This document shows, piece after piece, positions 18,468-27,935 of a DNA stretch of 64,000 bases. Each line of letters opens with the position of its first letter. The first letter of the stretch is position 1. Under the pieces are notes generated by a model that was not told the DNA's origin, searched no databases, and worked only from the letters and a program-made list of their open reading frames with translations. A program made the translations under genes and the position numbers. Source of the stretch: Pseudobdellovibrionaceae bacterium (GTDB lineage Bacteria; Bdellovibrionota; Bdellovibrionia; Bdellovibrionales; JAMPXM01); assembly GCA_947462815.1 (NCBI GenBank), contig CANHQR010000014.1:800-64799 (forward strand). The letters run 5' to 3'.

Positions 18468-19448
18468 TTAACTGTAGAGATAGCGATGCGCGATAACGGC
18501 CGCAAGCTTCGAGGTGCGCGCATCGAGATCCAGGCGCGGTGAGACCTCATAGATTCCAATGCCGCGAACGTCGAGGCGAGCCAAACACCACTCGAAGCAA
18601 GGAAAGAAGTCCTCGGGCTCAAAGCCGGTCGGCCAGCTGGCGCTGGCTCCCGGAGCGTATGAAGATGAAAACGCATCGATGTCGATCGATAAGAAAGTCG
18701 GTCGACGACTCGGCAGATTTTCGCCGAGGAGGCGTTGAAGACTGGCGAGTAAGGACTCCCGGCGCGTGCGACGATCTTCCTCAAAGATCACGCGACCACC
18801 GGCACTTTCAAGCCAGGAGCGATGCGCTCTTGAGTTGCAATGGGCTTGAAGGCCCAGTTCAACGAGCTCCGTGTCGGGTTCAGCCTCAAGAAGTCGTCGA
18901 AACGGCGTCCCGCTATGGAAGTGGGATTCAACGGGGCGCACGTCCAAATGCGCATCGAAGTTCACAACCAGCGGGCGTCGACCTTGAGATTTCGCCCAAC
19001 GCACTAAAGCGACCGAGTCCGGAAAGCCGTAGTCATGACCGCCGCCCAAACTCAGTGTGCGATGGCCCTGGTCCAGGGCGACCCGCACCAGCTGTTCAGC
19101 GCGAGCGTGGCGTTCCGGAAGATCTGCACCCTCAATGTTGAGATCGCCTAATTCGTAAAGAGTGGGGGAGTTGGGACTCCAACAAGAAGGCGTCATCTTA
19201 TAGAACGCGCGCCGAATCTCGCGGGGGGCCTCGGCCGCACCGAGGCGTCCGCCATTGAGTCGAATACCTTCTTCGTCGGGATAGCCCAAGACAGCGATTC
19301 CCGGAGAAAGCTCGCCGAGGGAGTCTCGCAGGTCTTCAGCAGAATCTGCCGCCGGCAGCACCTGCACCATCGATGCGAGTCGAGGGTCTTCGGACTTTGT
19401 CGTCGAGGATAACAATTCAGATGGGATTGCACGCAGCCAAGCTGTCAT
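18468..19448 (-). CDS. arginase-family hydrolase (formimidoylglutamase/agmatinase-like)
   Basis: The ureohydrolase Mn-binding motifs are LSLGGGHDYGF, VNFDAHLDVRP and LSIDIDAF. Confidence 0.7.
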   Translation of the reverse strand: MTAWLRAIPSELLSSTTKSEDPRLASMVQVLPAADSAEDLRDSLGELSPGIAVLGYPDEEGIRLNGGRLGAAEAPREIRRAFYKMTPSCWSPNSPTLYELGDLNIEGADLPERHARAEQLVRVALDQGHRTLSLGGGHDYGFPDSVALVRWAKSQGRRPLVVNFDAHLDVRPVESHFHSGTPFRRLLEAEPDTELVELGLQAHCNSRAHRSWLESAGGRVIFEEDRRTRRESLLASLQRLLGENLPSRRPTFLSIDIDAFSSSYAPGASASWPTGFEPEDFFPCFEWCLARLDVRGIGIYEVSPRLDLDARTSKLAAVIAHRYLYS

Positions 19449-19457
19449 GCCTCGAGC

Positions 19458-20249
19458 TTATTCGGCCACTTGCAAAAGGGAAAGCACTTCGGAAACTCCG
19501 CCGGTCTTCGAGTCGATGAGACTCAGTTGGAGGACGGGTGTGTTGCCTTGGGTTTGAAGCTCAAGACTGCCAACGAACACCTGACCGGCGCGTCCGAGCT
19601 GGGGGTGAGGTGCTTCGACCATAAAGATCGAATAGACCGATCCTCGATCCGGCGAAAGCGAGTAACTCATGTCCTTCAGGTGAGATAGTCGCATTTCGCG
19701 CGCTGAGCGCCCTGTCCGATGATATTTGTAGAGCGTCAACTTCTCGAAACTCTCAAAATTGAAAACATCCCAGTTCGCTGTTCGCCAAACTCCCAGCAGG
19801 CGCTGGAGACCGACGGACTCGATACCTTGCACGCGAATATGGTCGGGTTTCTTGTTGCGGTTGAGATCCAACAGCTCGCCGGAAATGATGACAAAGTCTC
19901 CCGAGTTGAGTTCGTTCAGCGCTTGGCGAAGCGCGAAGGTGGTCTCAACCGGCAAACCTTTCCGACTGAGAGCTCGGCCTTTGACGATCGGATTGAGTCG
20001 GGTCTCTGATCGGGTATCTGATCCGGTATTTGATGCAGATTTCACCACCAGCGCGCGAACGGACTCAGCTTGTGCGCGCGGCAGCGAAACCAAAAGTCCA
20101 AGGATCACGATGAACCCCAAGCCGAGGCGACGAGGATCGAGACGACGATGGACGACTGACGATTGGCCTTGGGTGCGCTTGGGCCATGATCTGGGCCATG
20201 AAACGACCGTGAATTCAGGGGATGACTTCTGAGAGTGCAAGACCGACAT
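19458..20249 (-). CDS. hypothetical secreted protein
   Basis: The signal/TM segment is LGLGFIVILGLLVSLPRAQA. It lies 9 nt upstream of the arginase-family gene on the same strand, and I recognised no motif. Confidence 0.4.
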   Translation of the reverse strand: MSVLHSQKSSPEFTVVSWPRSWPKRTQGQSSVVHRRLDPRRLGLGFIVILGLLVSLPRAQAESVRALVVKSASNTGSDTRSETRLNPIVKGRALSRKGLPVETTFALRQALNELNSGDFVIISGELLDLNRNKKPDHIRVQGIESVGLQRLLGVWRTANWDVFNFESFEKLTLYKYHRTGRSAREMRLSHLKDMSYSLSPDRGSVYSIFMVEAPHPQLGRAGQVFVGSLELQTQGNTPVLQLSLIDSKTGGVSEVLSLLQVAE

Positions 20250-20401
20250 GAGTTGACCTCGAAAATCGACGACCGTTCGGAGGAACCGAGCGAGGCCGTG
20301 TTAGGCGTCACCTCCTCCAGCGTCAAGTTCGGCGCGGCGCACAATAGAGCTTGGTGAAGAGCTCGAGACAAGAGTCGATTCTCAGCTCACACTGGTTGGG
20401 T

Positions 20402-21436
20402 ATGGCTGACCTACAAACTTTTTCTTTTTTGTCTTCGCCAGAAAAGTGGCCAGAAAAATGGGCTGAAAGATCGGGCGCCGAATCGTCTGGCTTTGCTGAA
20501 AGTTTAAACATCGCAATGGATTGGATGGTTGCGGTGGGCGGGCCGTTGCGCGCTTTGTGGCAAGCGCGTTTGCTCGAAGCCAAATCGCAGTCGGGGATTT
20601 CATTGAGTTTGTATCGGACTCGCGCCGGGGATCCGATTTACGATCATGAAGTGCAGGCTTTGCTTCGTGAGATGAGTCTTCTCTCCATCAAACCCCACGA
20701 GCTGCGTGTGGGACCGCAATCCAAGGTGGGGGATGGAATTTGGCCCTTTCGTTTTCCTCCGGCTCACGATGTTGAGTGGGGTCGTGGTTTCTTTGCGGAT
20801 CTGAAGTTTGTCCACACGGCGGATCGAATTTCTCTCAGCTCAATCGCGCTTGAAAAGCAAAACGAAGTCTTGGGTCGTTTTGCGTGGGATTTGGCTAAGC
20901 GAACTCATGCGGGAGAGCCGCCGTGGACGCTGTGGTCACAGTTTCCGCTTTGGCTCAAACGCTCCGGGGATCCGAATTTGGTGTGGCATGAAGTGGATCT
21001 ACGTGTCGCTGAAATGCAGGCTGTCGCTTCAACCCATGATGAAGTCGCTGAGGCCGCAGGCCTCGACGTTGGCGAAGTGAAGCTGAATCCGACGCTTGTG
21101 ACGTCCATTCAGCCCGTGTCTCTTTCCGAGTCTCAAAGCAAGTCTCAAAGTAAGTCTCATGTCAGCGGCAGTCCGATTCATTTTCGCGTGCGTTGGGGGC
21201 GACAGCTTCGACGAGGGCAGATCAGCATGGTCGAGGCCGCGCTGATCGATGAGACTCGAGAAAATTTTCGTACGACAGTCGGGGCTTTACGAAGGGCCGT
21301 GGGTCAGGTTCTCGCACAGAGCCCAGGTGGCCAAGACGAGTTTGAGGCGGCTCTACACAGCCTCAAAGAGCGTCGAATCTTACTGACCAACGAGGCTAAA
21401 GCTTCGCAAACCGTCCGTGAACCGATGGATCATTGA
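20402..21436 (+). CDS. hypothetical protein
   Basis: This is a long ORF with no recognised motifs. The start is uncertain (TTG 20351 or ATG 20402). It contains a short SQSKSQSKS low-complexity stretch. Confidence 0.4.
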   Translation: MADLQTFSFLSSPEKWPEKWAERSGAESSGFAESLNIAMDWMVAVGGPLRALWQARLLEAKSQSGISLSLYRTRAGDPIYDHEVQALLREMSLLSIKPHELRVGPQSKVGDGIWPFRFPPAHDVEWGRGFFADLKFVHTADRISLSSIALEKQNEVLGRFAWDLAKRTHAGEPPWTLWSQFPLWLKRSGDPNLVWHEVDLRVAEMQAVASTHDEVAEAAGLDVGEVKLNPTLVTSIQPVSLSESQSKSQSKSHVSGSPIHFRVRWGRQLRRGQISMVEAALIDETRENFRTTVGALRRAVGQVLAQSPGGQDEFEAALHSLKERRILLTNEAKASQTVREPMDH

Positions 21437-21467
21437 GTCATCCCCGGAGTGATGCTGCCCGTGGAGG

Positions 21468-22538
21468 TCATATTGAGGAGGCCAATTCACGGAGAACATC
21501 ACTCGCGAGCTGAGCGAGTTCGCCGAGGGAGCTGTCGGCACTTAAGGCTTGCACCTCAGGGGTGAGCTCGTGAAGTTGCAAGTTACTGATCACGTAAAGA
21601 GCGTTTCTTTTGAGACCCCAAGCACCACTCCGTTGGAGGGGGGTTCCTCGATAGCGGCGATTCACTTGCGATTTGGAAAGACCCAGGAGTTCGCGAAGCT
21701 CGCCAATTAAGTTTTGTCGATCTTCACCCGTGAGCGACGGAGAGGTGAGCGACCGCATGGGCTCTTGACCGAAGACCTTTTCGTTCCACGGACAGACGGT
21801 TTGACAGAGGTCGCAACCGAAGAACCAGCCTTGAAACTGATCTCGCAAATTCTTGGGAGCGATGCTCTTGGATTCGATGGTCCAGTACGAGATACAGCGA
21901 CGGGCGTCCAACACTCTCGGTTCGATGAGAGCCTGCGTCGGGCAGATCTCGATACAGCGCCTGCAGGTGCCACAGAAGTCTTTTGGAACTTGCAGCTCAG
22001 CTCTGGCGATCGCTTCCGGTGCTTCAAGTGAAGCGAGAATCTCAACGATGAAAAAGAGGCTTCCGCCCTCTCGATCGAGTACGCAGGTGTTCTTTCCAAT
22101 CCAGCCCAAACCCGCGCGCACGGCGAGATCTCGCTCCATGAGCGGACTCGAATCGACACAAACTCGAAACGACTCTTGGGGAAATCGGGCGCGAAGAGCC
22201 TCGACGAGCGAAGACAGGCGACGGGGTAGGCTCTGATGGTAATCGACGCCTTGAGGCTCAGAACGCGCATAAAGCGCGGTGCGAAGTGCCGTTTGATTTT
22301 TGGCGGGAAAATACGGAAAGGCGAAGACGAAGGCGGATTTCGCCAAGGGGGCATAGCTTTGTGGGTTGGCTTTGAGATCGCGATGCTCAGCCAAGTAATG
22401 CATTTCGCCGTGGTGGCCCGCAGCCAGCCACGCATCATAATGTTTCAGGCTGAATGGCTCTTTCAAGCTCACCCAACCCCAGCGCAGATCAGCTGAGAGT
22501 TTTTCCTCGATGAGTGATTGGATTTCTGACCGATTCAT
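21468..22538 (-). CDS. queG: tRNA epoxyqueuosine(34) reductase
   Basis: Two 4Fe-4S ferredoxin motifs are present (CGTCRRCIEICPTQA, CDLCQTVCPWN). The cobalamin-domain N-terminus and the C-terminal HEAT-like tail also fit, and the length of 356 aa is typical. Confidence 0.9.
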   Translation of the reverse strand: MNRSEIQSLIEEKLSADLRWGWVSLKEPFSLKHYDAWLAAGHHGEMHYLAEHRDLKANPQSYAPLAKSAFVFAFPYFPAKNQTALRTALYARSEPQGVDYHQSLPRRLSSLVEALRARFPQESFRVCVDSSPLMERDLAVRAGLGWIGKNTCVLDREGGSLFFIVEILASLEAPEAIARAELQVPKDFCGTCRRCIEICPTQALIEPRVLDARRCISYWTIESKSIAPKNLRDQFQGWFFGCDLCQTVCPWNEKVFGQEPMRSLTSPSLTGEDRQNLIGELRELLGLSKSQVNRRYRGTPLQRSGAWGLKRNALYVISNLQLHELTPEVQALSADSSLGELAQLASDVLRELASSI

Positions 22539-22696
22539 CGAGCCTCCAGATCTCGCTTCATGGCTAGCATGCTTCGCGGTGGAAGGTGAACGGGGAATGT
22601 GTACGACGGTTCTCCGATGAGGTGGCGGCCCTCGAGATCGGTAAGAAAGCTAAAATCGACTTTGTCTTTGAAGGAAGGTCTTGAAATCATAATCCG

Positions 22697-24001
22697 ATGA
22701 GTCTTTCCGAGCGCGCCACTGCCGAGCAGGTTCTTCGCCGATTCGCCCAGCATGCGGATTGGCCCGCAGTTCGTGATATTCTCACGAAGTTGCATCAAGG
22801 TGGATTTGAAGCTGTTATCGCGGGCGGTTCTGTTCGGGATGCGATTCTCGATCGCGATCTCAAGGACTTTGATGTCGCGACGTCCGCAACTCCCGATCAG
22901 GTCGAGCAGCTCTTTCCGAACTCGGTGGGTGTCGGCAAGGCCTTTGGCGTGATTCTGGTTCCCTTGGGGCCAGGACGGAGTGTGGAGATCGCCACGTTTC
23001 GCGAAGACTCCGACTATAGCGACGGCCGGCGACCTGATTCGATTCGCTTCGCGGATGCGGCAGCTGATGCCGCTCGACGAGATTTCACGGTGAATGCTTT
23101 GTTCTTCGATCCGTCGGGAATGCGAATTCTCGATTTTGTCCAAGGCCTTGCTGATTTGCAGCGAGGTCTGTTGCGCGCCGTGGGCGAGCCAGCCCGTCGT
23201 TTCAGCGAAGATCGACTGCGAACCTTACGCGCCGTCCGATTCGTTTCTCAACTGGGCTTTCAACTCGAGCCGGCCACCGCACAGGCAATTCGCGACCATC
23301 AAGACCCTCTGGGCGGCGTGAGCCGTGAGCGAGTGAAGGAAGAATTGGATCGATGGTTATCGGGTGAGTACTTTCGTCAGGGGCTCGCTTGCATGCAGGA
23401 TCTGGGATTGTTGCAAGTGAGCTTGGGTGCGGCGGCTTCGCATCTTCATCCTCTGCATGATGAATTGGCCCGATGGATTCTCGCGACTCGAGGTGATCGG
23501 GACGTGCAGCGAGCGATCCTTTACTGGCCTTGGGCGAAGCGACAGTCGTCGCGTGAGATTGAGCTGCAGGGACGGGAATGGCGTTGGGGACGAGAGTTCA
23601 TCGAAAAGCTGCAGTGGATGCGTAGGAACGAAGACCTGTTTCGAACTCGCGAGGCTCTGGATCCTCATCCCCCAACTGCGGACCACAAGACGGGACAAAA
23701 AAATTGGCCAAAAACCTGGGAAGAAGTTTTGGGAGCAGATCTTCGCGCCCCAGCGACCTGGGGAGAACGATTGGAGCTATGGACCTCGCTCGAGGCCGAG
23801 TTCGCCGCAAAGGTTTGGGACACGAAGGAGGGACGAGATGCCCTTCGTGACGAGATGTTGTTGCGTCGAGGGCTGCATCTGGGACAGCGCCCGGCACGTC
23901 TGCCGCGCGCTGCTGATTTTCCGAATTTGAAGGGCGCGATTCTCGGCGCGCAGCTCAAAGAAACCACGCGCGCCGTTTTGTACTGGACGCAGAATCCTTA
24001 G
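22697..24001 (+). CDS. CCA tRNA nucleotidyltransferase / poly(A) polymerase family protein
   Basis: The class II nucleotidyltransferase head is AVIAGGSVRDAILDRDLKDFDVATSATPDQV, with RRDFTVNALFFD. Confidence 0.8.
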   Translation: MSLSERATAEQVLRRFAQHADWPAVRDILTKLHQGGFEAVIAGGSVRDAILDRDLKDFDVATSATPDQVEQLFPNSVGVGKAFGVILVPLGPGRSVEIATFREDSDYSDGRRPDSIRFADAAADAARRDFTVNALFFDPSGMRILDFVQGLADLQRGLLRAVGEPARRFSEDRLRTLRAVRFVSQLGFQLEPATAQAIRDHQDPLGGVSRERVKEELDRWLSGEYFRQGLACMQDLGLLQVSLGAAASHLHPLHDELARWILATRGDRDVQRAILYWPWAKRQSSREIELQGREWRWGREFIEKLQWMRRNEDLFRTREALDPHPPTADHKTGQKNWPKTWEEVLGADLRAPATWGERLELWTSLEAEFAAKVWDTKEGRDALRDEMLLRRGLHLGQRPARLPRAADFPNLKGAILGAQLKETTRAVLYWTQNP

Positions 24002-24028
24002 GCGAAACTCGCAACCGTCTGTTTCAAC

Positions 24029-24505
24029 TCACTTCAAATGCTGCAAGATCAACTCTCGAAGCGCGGCCGGCTCAGTGGTCGGCGGAATATTTTTGATCTT
24101 CTGGCCATCGGGGCCGATGAGAAACTTGTGAAAGTTCCATTTGATCTCGCCGCCCTCAGGGTCTGTCGAAGTCAGCCAATTGTAGAGAGGGTGCTGATCC
24201 GATCCTTTAACAGAAATCTTTGAAAACATCGGGAAGCTCACTTTGTAATTGGTCGAGCAGAACTCGGCGATTTGCGCATCCGTGCCGGGCTCCTGAGCCA
24301 AAAAGTTGTTGGCGGGAAAACCCAAAACGGTGAAACCGCGACCAGCAAACTCCTCTTGCAGCTTCTGCAGGCCTTCGTACTGAGGTGTGAGCCCGCACTT
24401 ACTCGCCACGTTGACCGCCAAAACCAATTGGCCTTTGTATGCCGAAAGAGATTGCGTCTCACCTTTGATCGTTCTCATCGAAAAGTCATGAAAGCTCTGC
24501 GCCAT
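24029..24505 (-). CDS. glutathione peroxidase (Cys-type)
   Basis: The motifs are LVLAVNVASKCGLTPQYEGLQ, LGFPANNFLAQEPG and KWNFHKFLI. Confidence 0.9.
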   Translation of the reverse strand: MAQSFHDFSMRTIKGETQSLSAYKGQLVLAVNVASKCGLTPQYEGLQKLQEEFAGRGFTVLGFPANNFLAQEPGTDAQIAEFCSTNYKVSFPMFSKISVKGSDQHPLYNWLTSTDPEGGEIKWNFHKFLIGPDGQKIKNIPPTTEPAALRELILQHLK

Positions 24506-24569
24506 GCGATTATCCGCCCTTTAAGTTCGTACTGAATTTTAAAACGAGATCGAGCGCCAAGTCTCGATT

Positions 24570-25661
24570 TCAAGGCTCAACTTCGCCGCACTTTGCGATG
24601 GGGCGCAAGCTCTCGGCGCGAAGGTTCTGATGATCCTGAACAGGCATAGAGGTGGCACTCGCCGGGCACTTATTGGCAGCGAGCGCTTGTTGAATCGCCG
24701 CCGCTTCTTCGGCAGGGTACTCAAGTCCCCAGACGGCTTTGACCTTCATCCAAATATGCAAATACTTGCAGGTGAACCTGGTATCCGGTGGCAAATAACG
24801 CTCAGGTCCGGCATCGCCCTTGGACATGTTCTCGTGTCCGCTGACGGAGAGGAGGTGCGTGGGGTCATCCATGAAGTTCGCGTAGCGGCAACGGCGATTC
24901 TGGTTCCACGCATGAGCGCCTGAAAGGTAAGCGGCCTTTAAGGGAACGATGTGATCAACTTGAATCGCATTGGCGAGTTTAAACTGAGCACCCGAGAACG
25001 GGTCGATCCACTTTGCTTTGTAGACCATGCACTTGTTTCGAGAAGTGAATTGCACGGATTCATTGGGATCAGCATCGCGAAGCAAGACTTCAGCGCGTGT
25101 ATTGTAGCAGTCAGCAGGGCTATCCTCGTTAATCCATCCACCAAACAATTCAACGCGATCATACTTAGGGAGCGCGCTGAGCAGATCCTCTCGGCTTCGC
25201 GGCGAAGTGTTTTGCTGCATATACTGGAGCAAGTCGAACAGGCCCTGAGTAGCTCGCAGACCCGTTTCGATCCACGCGTCCAACCAATCGAGGGGAGTGA
25301 AGAAAGCCGCGGTCGGTGGCGAGACAGCTGCTTCGCGGCTCACCTCATTGAGCGAGGAGGTCGTCCGATGGAACTCATGAGCTGATTCTTCAATTGTTGA
25401 ATAAGACCATGCGTCCTGCGCATAAACCGAAGGACTTGCCAGGAGCAGTCCGAAGATGGCGACCAGAGGCCCGCTCTGGCGTCCGATCTGGCGGAAAACC
25501 TCAAAGCATTTCGCCACTTGTGATCGACTGATTTTTCGCAATCCGTGCGGAGTCGTCATGTTTGCGAGGGCCTTTTTGATGAAGTCGTTGAGGGGCTTCT
25601 TGAAAAACCAGTTCCGTTTCGGAACCAAGCCCACTCTCCCTAAGCGCCGGGCGAACTGCAA
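24570..25661 (-). CDS. secreted HNH/His-Me finger nuclease (DUF1524-like C-terminal domain)
   Basis: The signal-like segment is PLVAIFGLLLASPSVYA. The C-terminal QVDHIVPLKAAYLSGAHAW...NFMDDPTHLLSVSGHENMSKGD matches the DUF1524/GmrSD-C nuclease motif. The start is uncertain (25661 or 25559). Confidence 0.6.
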   Translation of the reverse strand: MQFARRLGRVGLVPKRNWFFKKPLNDFIKKALANMTTPHGLRKISRSQVAKCFEVFRQIGRQSGPLVAIFGLLLASPSVYAQDAWSYSTIEESAHEFHRTTSSLNEVSREAAVSPPTAAFFTPLDWLDAWIETGLRATQGLFDLLQYMQQNTSPRSREDLLSALPKYDRVELFGGWINEDSPADCYNTRAEVLLRDADPNESVQFTSRNKCMVYKAKWIDPFSGAQFKLANAIQVDHIVPLKAAYLSGAHAWNQNRRCRYANFMDDPTHLLSVSGHENMSKGDAGPERYLPPDTRFTCKYLHIWMKVKAVWGLEYPAEEAAAIQQALAANKCPASATSMPVQDHQNLRAESLRPIAKCGEVEP

Positions 25662-25779
25662 ATTCAGACGCGCACGGCCACTGTAAGGCTTTCATTTGGA
25701 CTAAGAGCGTCATCTGCCCAAGCCAAACAAAAGCGCTGAAGCCATCAGCATGCCGCGTCACGCCGGGAGTGATACTGCC

Positions 25780-26448
25780 TCACTGAGGTGCAGGCATGGC
25801 GTGAGGGACTCGGCGGAGCCTGACCCAGAATTGGATCCCACGCAGAATCCAGAGTGCGACCACTGCAGCTCCCCACGTGCCAAAAAACAAGAGATCAGCT
25901 TTCTCTATCAAAAGGGTGTGGGCCAATCCCAATGAGAAGGCCGGGTAGGACAAGCGATGCAGGCGACGCCAGCTTTTTCCCAAGCGCCTTTGCGCTAAAT
26001 TATTGGAACTCAACGCCAGAGTCGCAAGGCACAGCCATCCCGCAAGTGCGAGTTGCAAGTAGAGAGCTTGAGCAAGGGCTTGTCCGGCCTCAATCCAACC
26101 CGCCTCCAAGACGATCAAGAGCATCGCGTGTGCTGTCAGCCAAAAGAAGCTGATGACACCGCTGTGACGACGAAGTTTTAGAAACTGCGGCCCGATCCCG
26201 TTCCAACCGCGAGCTTGTGTCAGCCGACGTAGACCCAACTCCCAAAGACTTCCCGCGATCAGATTGCCACACAAAATCAAGAAGCCGGCTTGTCCCCAAT
26301 CGTGAAGCAGAAACTTGGCGGGCTCGGCCTGAGACTTGAGTTCAAGCAAAGTGAGAAGCGGATAGAGCATGCCGAGGATCAGTAGGACTCGAATCGCGCT
26401 TGCGAGTTGAGCCATTGTCGGGCCAGGTGAATTGTGTTGCGATGTCAT
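25780..26448 (-). CDS. msrQ: protein-methionine-sulfoxide reductase heme-binding subunit MsrQ
   Basis: It is a multi-TM protein. RRHSGVISFFWLTAHAML and SSNNLAQRRLGKSWRRLHRLSY match the YedZ/MsrQ ferric-reductase-like family. Confidence 0.75.
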   Translation of the reverse strand: MTSQHNSPGPTMAQLASAIRVLLILGMLYPLLTLLELKSQAEPAKFLLHDWGQAGFLILCGNLIAGSLWELGLRRLTQARGWNGIGPQFLKLRRHSGVISFFWLTAHAMLLIVLEAGWIEAGQALAQALYLQLALAGWLCLATLALSSNNLAQRRLGKSWRRLHRLSYPAFSLGLAHTLLIEKADLLFFGTWGAAVVALWILRGIQFWVRLRRVPHAMPAPQ

Positions 26449-26472
26449 AGCTGACCTTCAGCATGATGGGGG

Positions 26473-27516
26473 ATGGAAATGAAGTCGAGACCCAGTTGGT
26501 GGATTTCGGAATCTGAAGTGACGCCCGAAGACACTTATGTGCATCGGCGTGAATTATTGCGCGGACTGGGGTTCATCGGGGCGAGCCAGCTTCTCAAGGA
26601 GATCGCCAACGAATCGGCTTGGGCCCAAGCGAAGGGCCCGAAAACTGGGCCAACTTCTGGGCCAGCGTCAGGGGCCTCTTCTCCATCGGCATCGGGGGGA
26701 GCTGCAATCTACCCGCGCGCCAAAAAATTCGACTTCAAAGATCCGGATCGCCCCGTGACGGAAGAGCGCTTGGTGACTTCGCATAATAATTTCTATGAAT
26801 TCTCTCTGCAAAAGTCCGAAGTGGCACCGCTGGCCAAGAAGTGGACGCCGCCGAACCCTTGGAAAATTCAAGTGGCGGGACTTGTGGAGAAGCCGCTTGA
26901 GCTGGATCTCGACGACATCATGAAGCGTGTGAAGCTCGAAGAGCGTGTGTACCGCTTTCGTTGTGTGGAAGCCTGGTCCATGGTGGTGCCTTGGGGAGGT
27001 TTTGCGCTGAGGGATTTTTTGGCATTGTGTCGGCCCAAGGCCAATGCGAAGTACGTGAAGTTCGTGACTTACCAAGATGAGATCGCCATGCCCAATATCA
27101 AGGGCATGCCTCACTATCCTTGGCCTTACACGGAGGGCTTGAGCTTGGCAGAGGCCCAACACGAGCTGAGCTTTCTGGCGACCGCCATCTATGGAAAGCC
27201 CCTGCCTCAGCAAAACGGTGCTCCACTTCGATTGGTGGTGCCCTGGAAGTATGGTTTTAAGAGTATCAAGTCCATTCATCGGATTGAGTTCACCGACATC
27301 CAACCCAAGACACTCTGGGTTCAGCTTGCGCCTCAAGAGTACGGTTTTTTGGCGAATGTAAATCCCGATGTGGATCATCCACGCTGGACGCAAAAGCGAG
27401 AAACTCGCCTCGATGGAAGCTTCTTTCCAAAGAAAATTCCCACCCTCATGTTCAACGGCTACGCGAATGAGGTGGCAAATCTGTACAAGGGCGTTGATCT
27501 CAAAAAAAACTTTTGA
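26473..27516 (+). CDS. msrP: protein-methionine-sulfoxide reductase catalytic subunit MsrP (molybdopterin)
   Basis: The Tat-like leader is HRRELLRGLGFIGA. The motifs are HNNFYEFS, VYRFRCVEAWSMVVPWGGF and LRLVVPWKYGFKSIKSI. Confidence 0.9.
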   Translation: MEMKSRPSWWISESEVTPEDTYVHRRELLRGLGFIGASQLLKEIANESAWAQAKGPKTGPTSGPASGASSPSASGGAAIYPRAKKFDFKDPDRPVTEERLVTSHNNFYEFSLQKSEVAPLAKKWTPPNPWKIQVAGLVEKPLELDLDDIMKRVKLEERVYRFRCVEAWSMVVPWGGFALRDFLALCRPKANAKYVKFVTYQDEIAMPNIKGMPHYPWPYTEGLSLAEAQHELSFLATAIYGKPLPQQNGAPLRLVVPWKYGFKSIKSIHRIEFTDIQPKTLWVQLAPQEYGFLANVNPDVDHPRWTQKRETRLDGSFFPKKIPTLMFNGYANEVANLYKGVDLKKNF

Positions 27517-27531
27517 GGCTCGGGCCGCCGC

Positions 27532-27888
27532 TTATTTTTTCGAATTTTGGCTTTGGCCTTCGACGATTTCTTGGCCCGAGTGTTTGCGCCAATCGTAGTC
27601 TTTGCTCGCTCGGAGACGATCGTCCCAAGCTTTCCACTTCTGCTCGCTGAACTTATGCAGCACACGGCCTTGGGCATCGAAGATCGCCGGGTCCTTGCCA
27701 AACAAGAAGTCGAATAAAAAGGCAAGCGGCCCGCCCACGCGTCGCCGGAACATGGCTCCCGAAAAGCCGACTCGCGAGTAAGTTCGGCTCTGCGCCGCCA
27801 ACTGCGCGGCACCAAGTGGTGTTGCAGCCGTCGAACGGCCGTCGCCCAAAGGTTGATTCAACAAGTCGGGTCGATCATTGCGATCCAT
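27532..27888 (-). CDS. hypothetical protein
   Basis: ATG 27888 is preceded by GAGGGAG. It is a 118-aa protein with no recognised motif. Confidence 0.35.
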   Translation of the reverse strand: MDRNDRPDLLNQPLGDGRSTAATPLGAAQLAAQSRTYSRVGFSGAMFRRRVGGPLAFLFDFLFGKDPAIFDAQGRVLHKFSEQKWKAWDDRLRASKDYDWRKHSGQEIVEGQSQNSKK

Positions 27889-27935
27889 GTTCACTCCCTC
27901 TAAAGCTCTCGCAAACGCTAACATGGAGTCGATCG

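Noticed and set aside
26668-27393. A 241-aa minus-strand ORF inside msrP. Similar long shadow ORFs occur at 13978-14751, 56016-56615, 21707-22438 and 12107-12700.
   Set aside because: Each lies fully within a gene that has clear family motifs on the other strand or frame, and none has recognisable motifs or translation signals.
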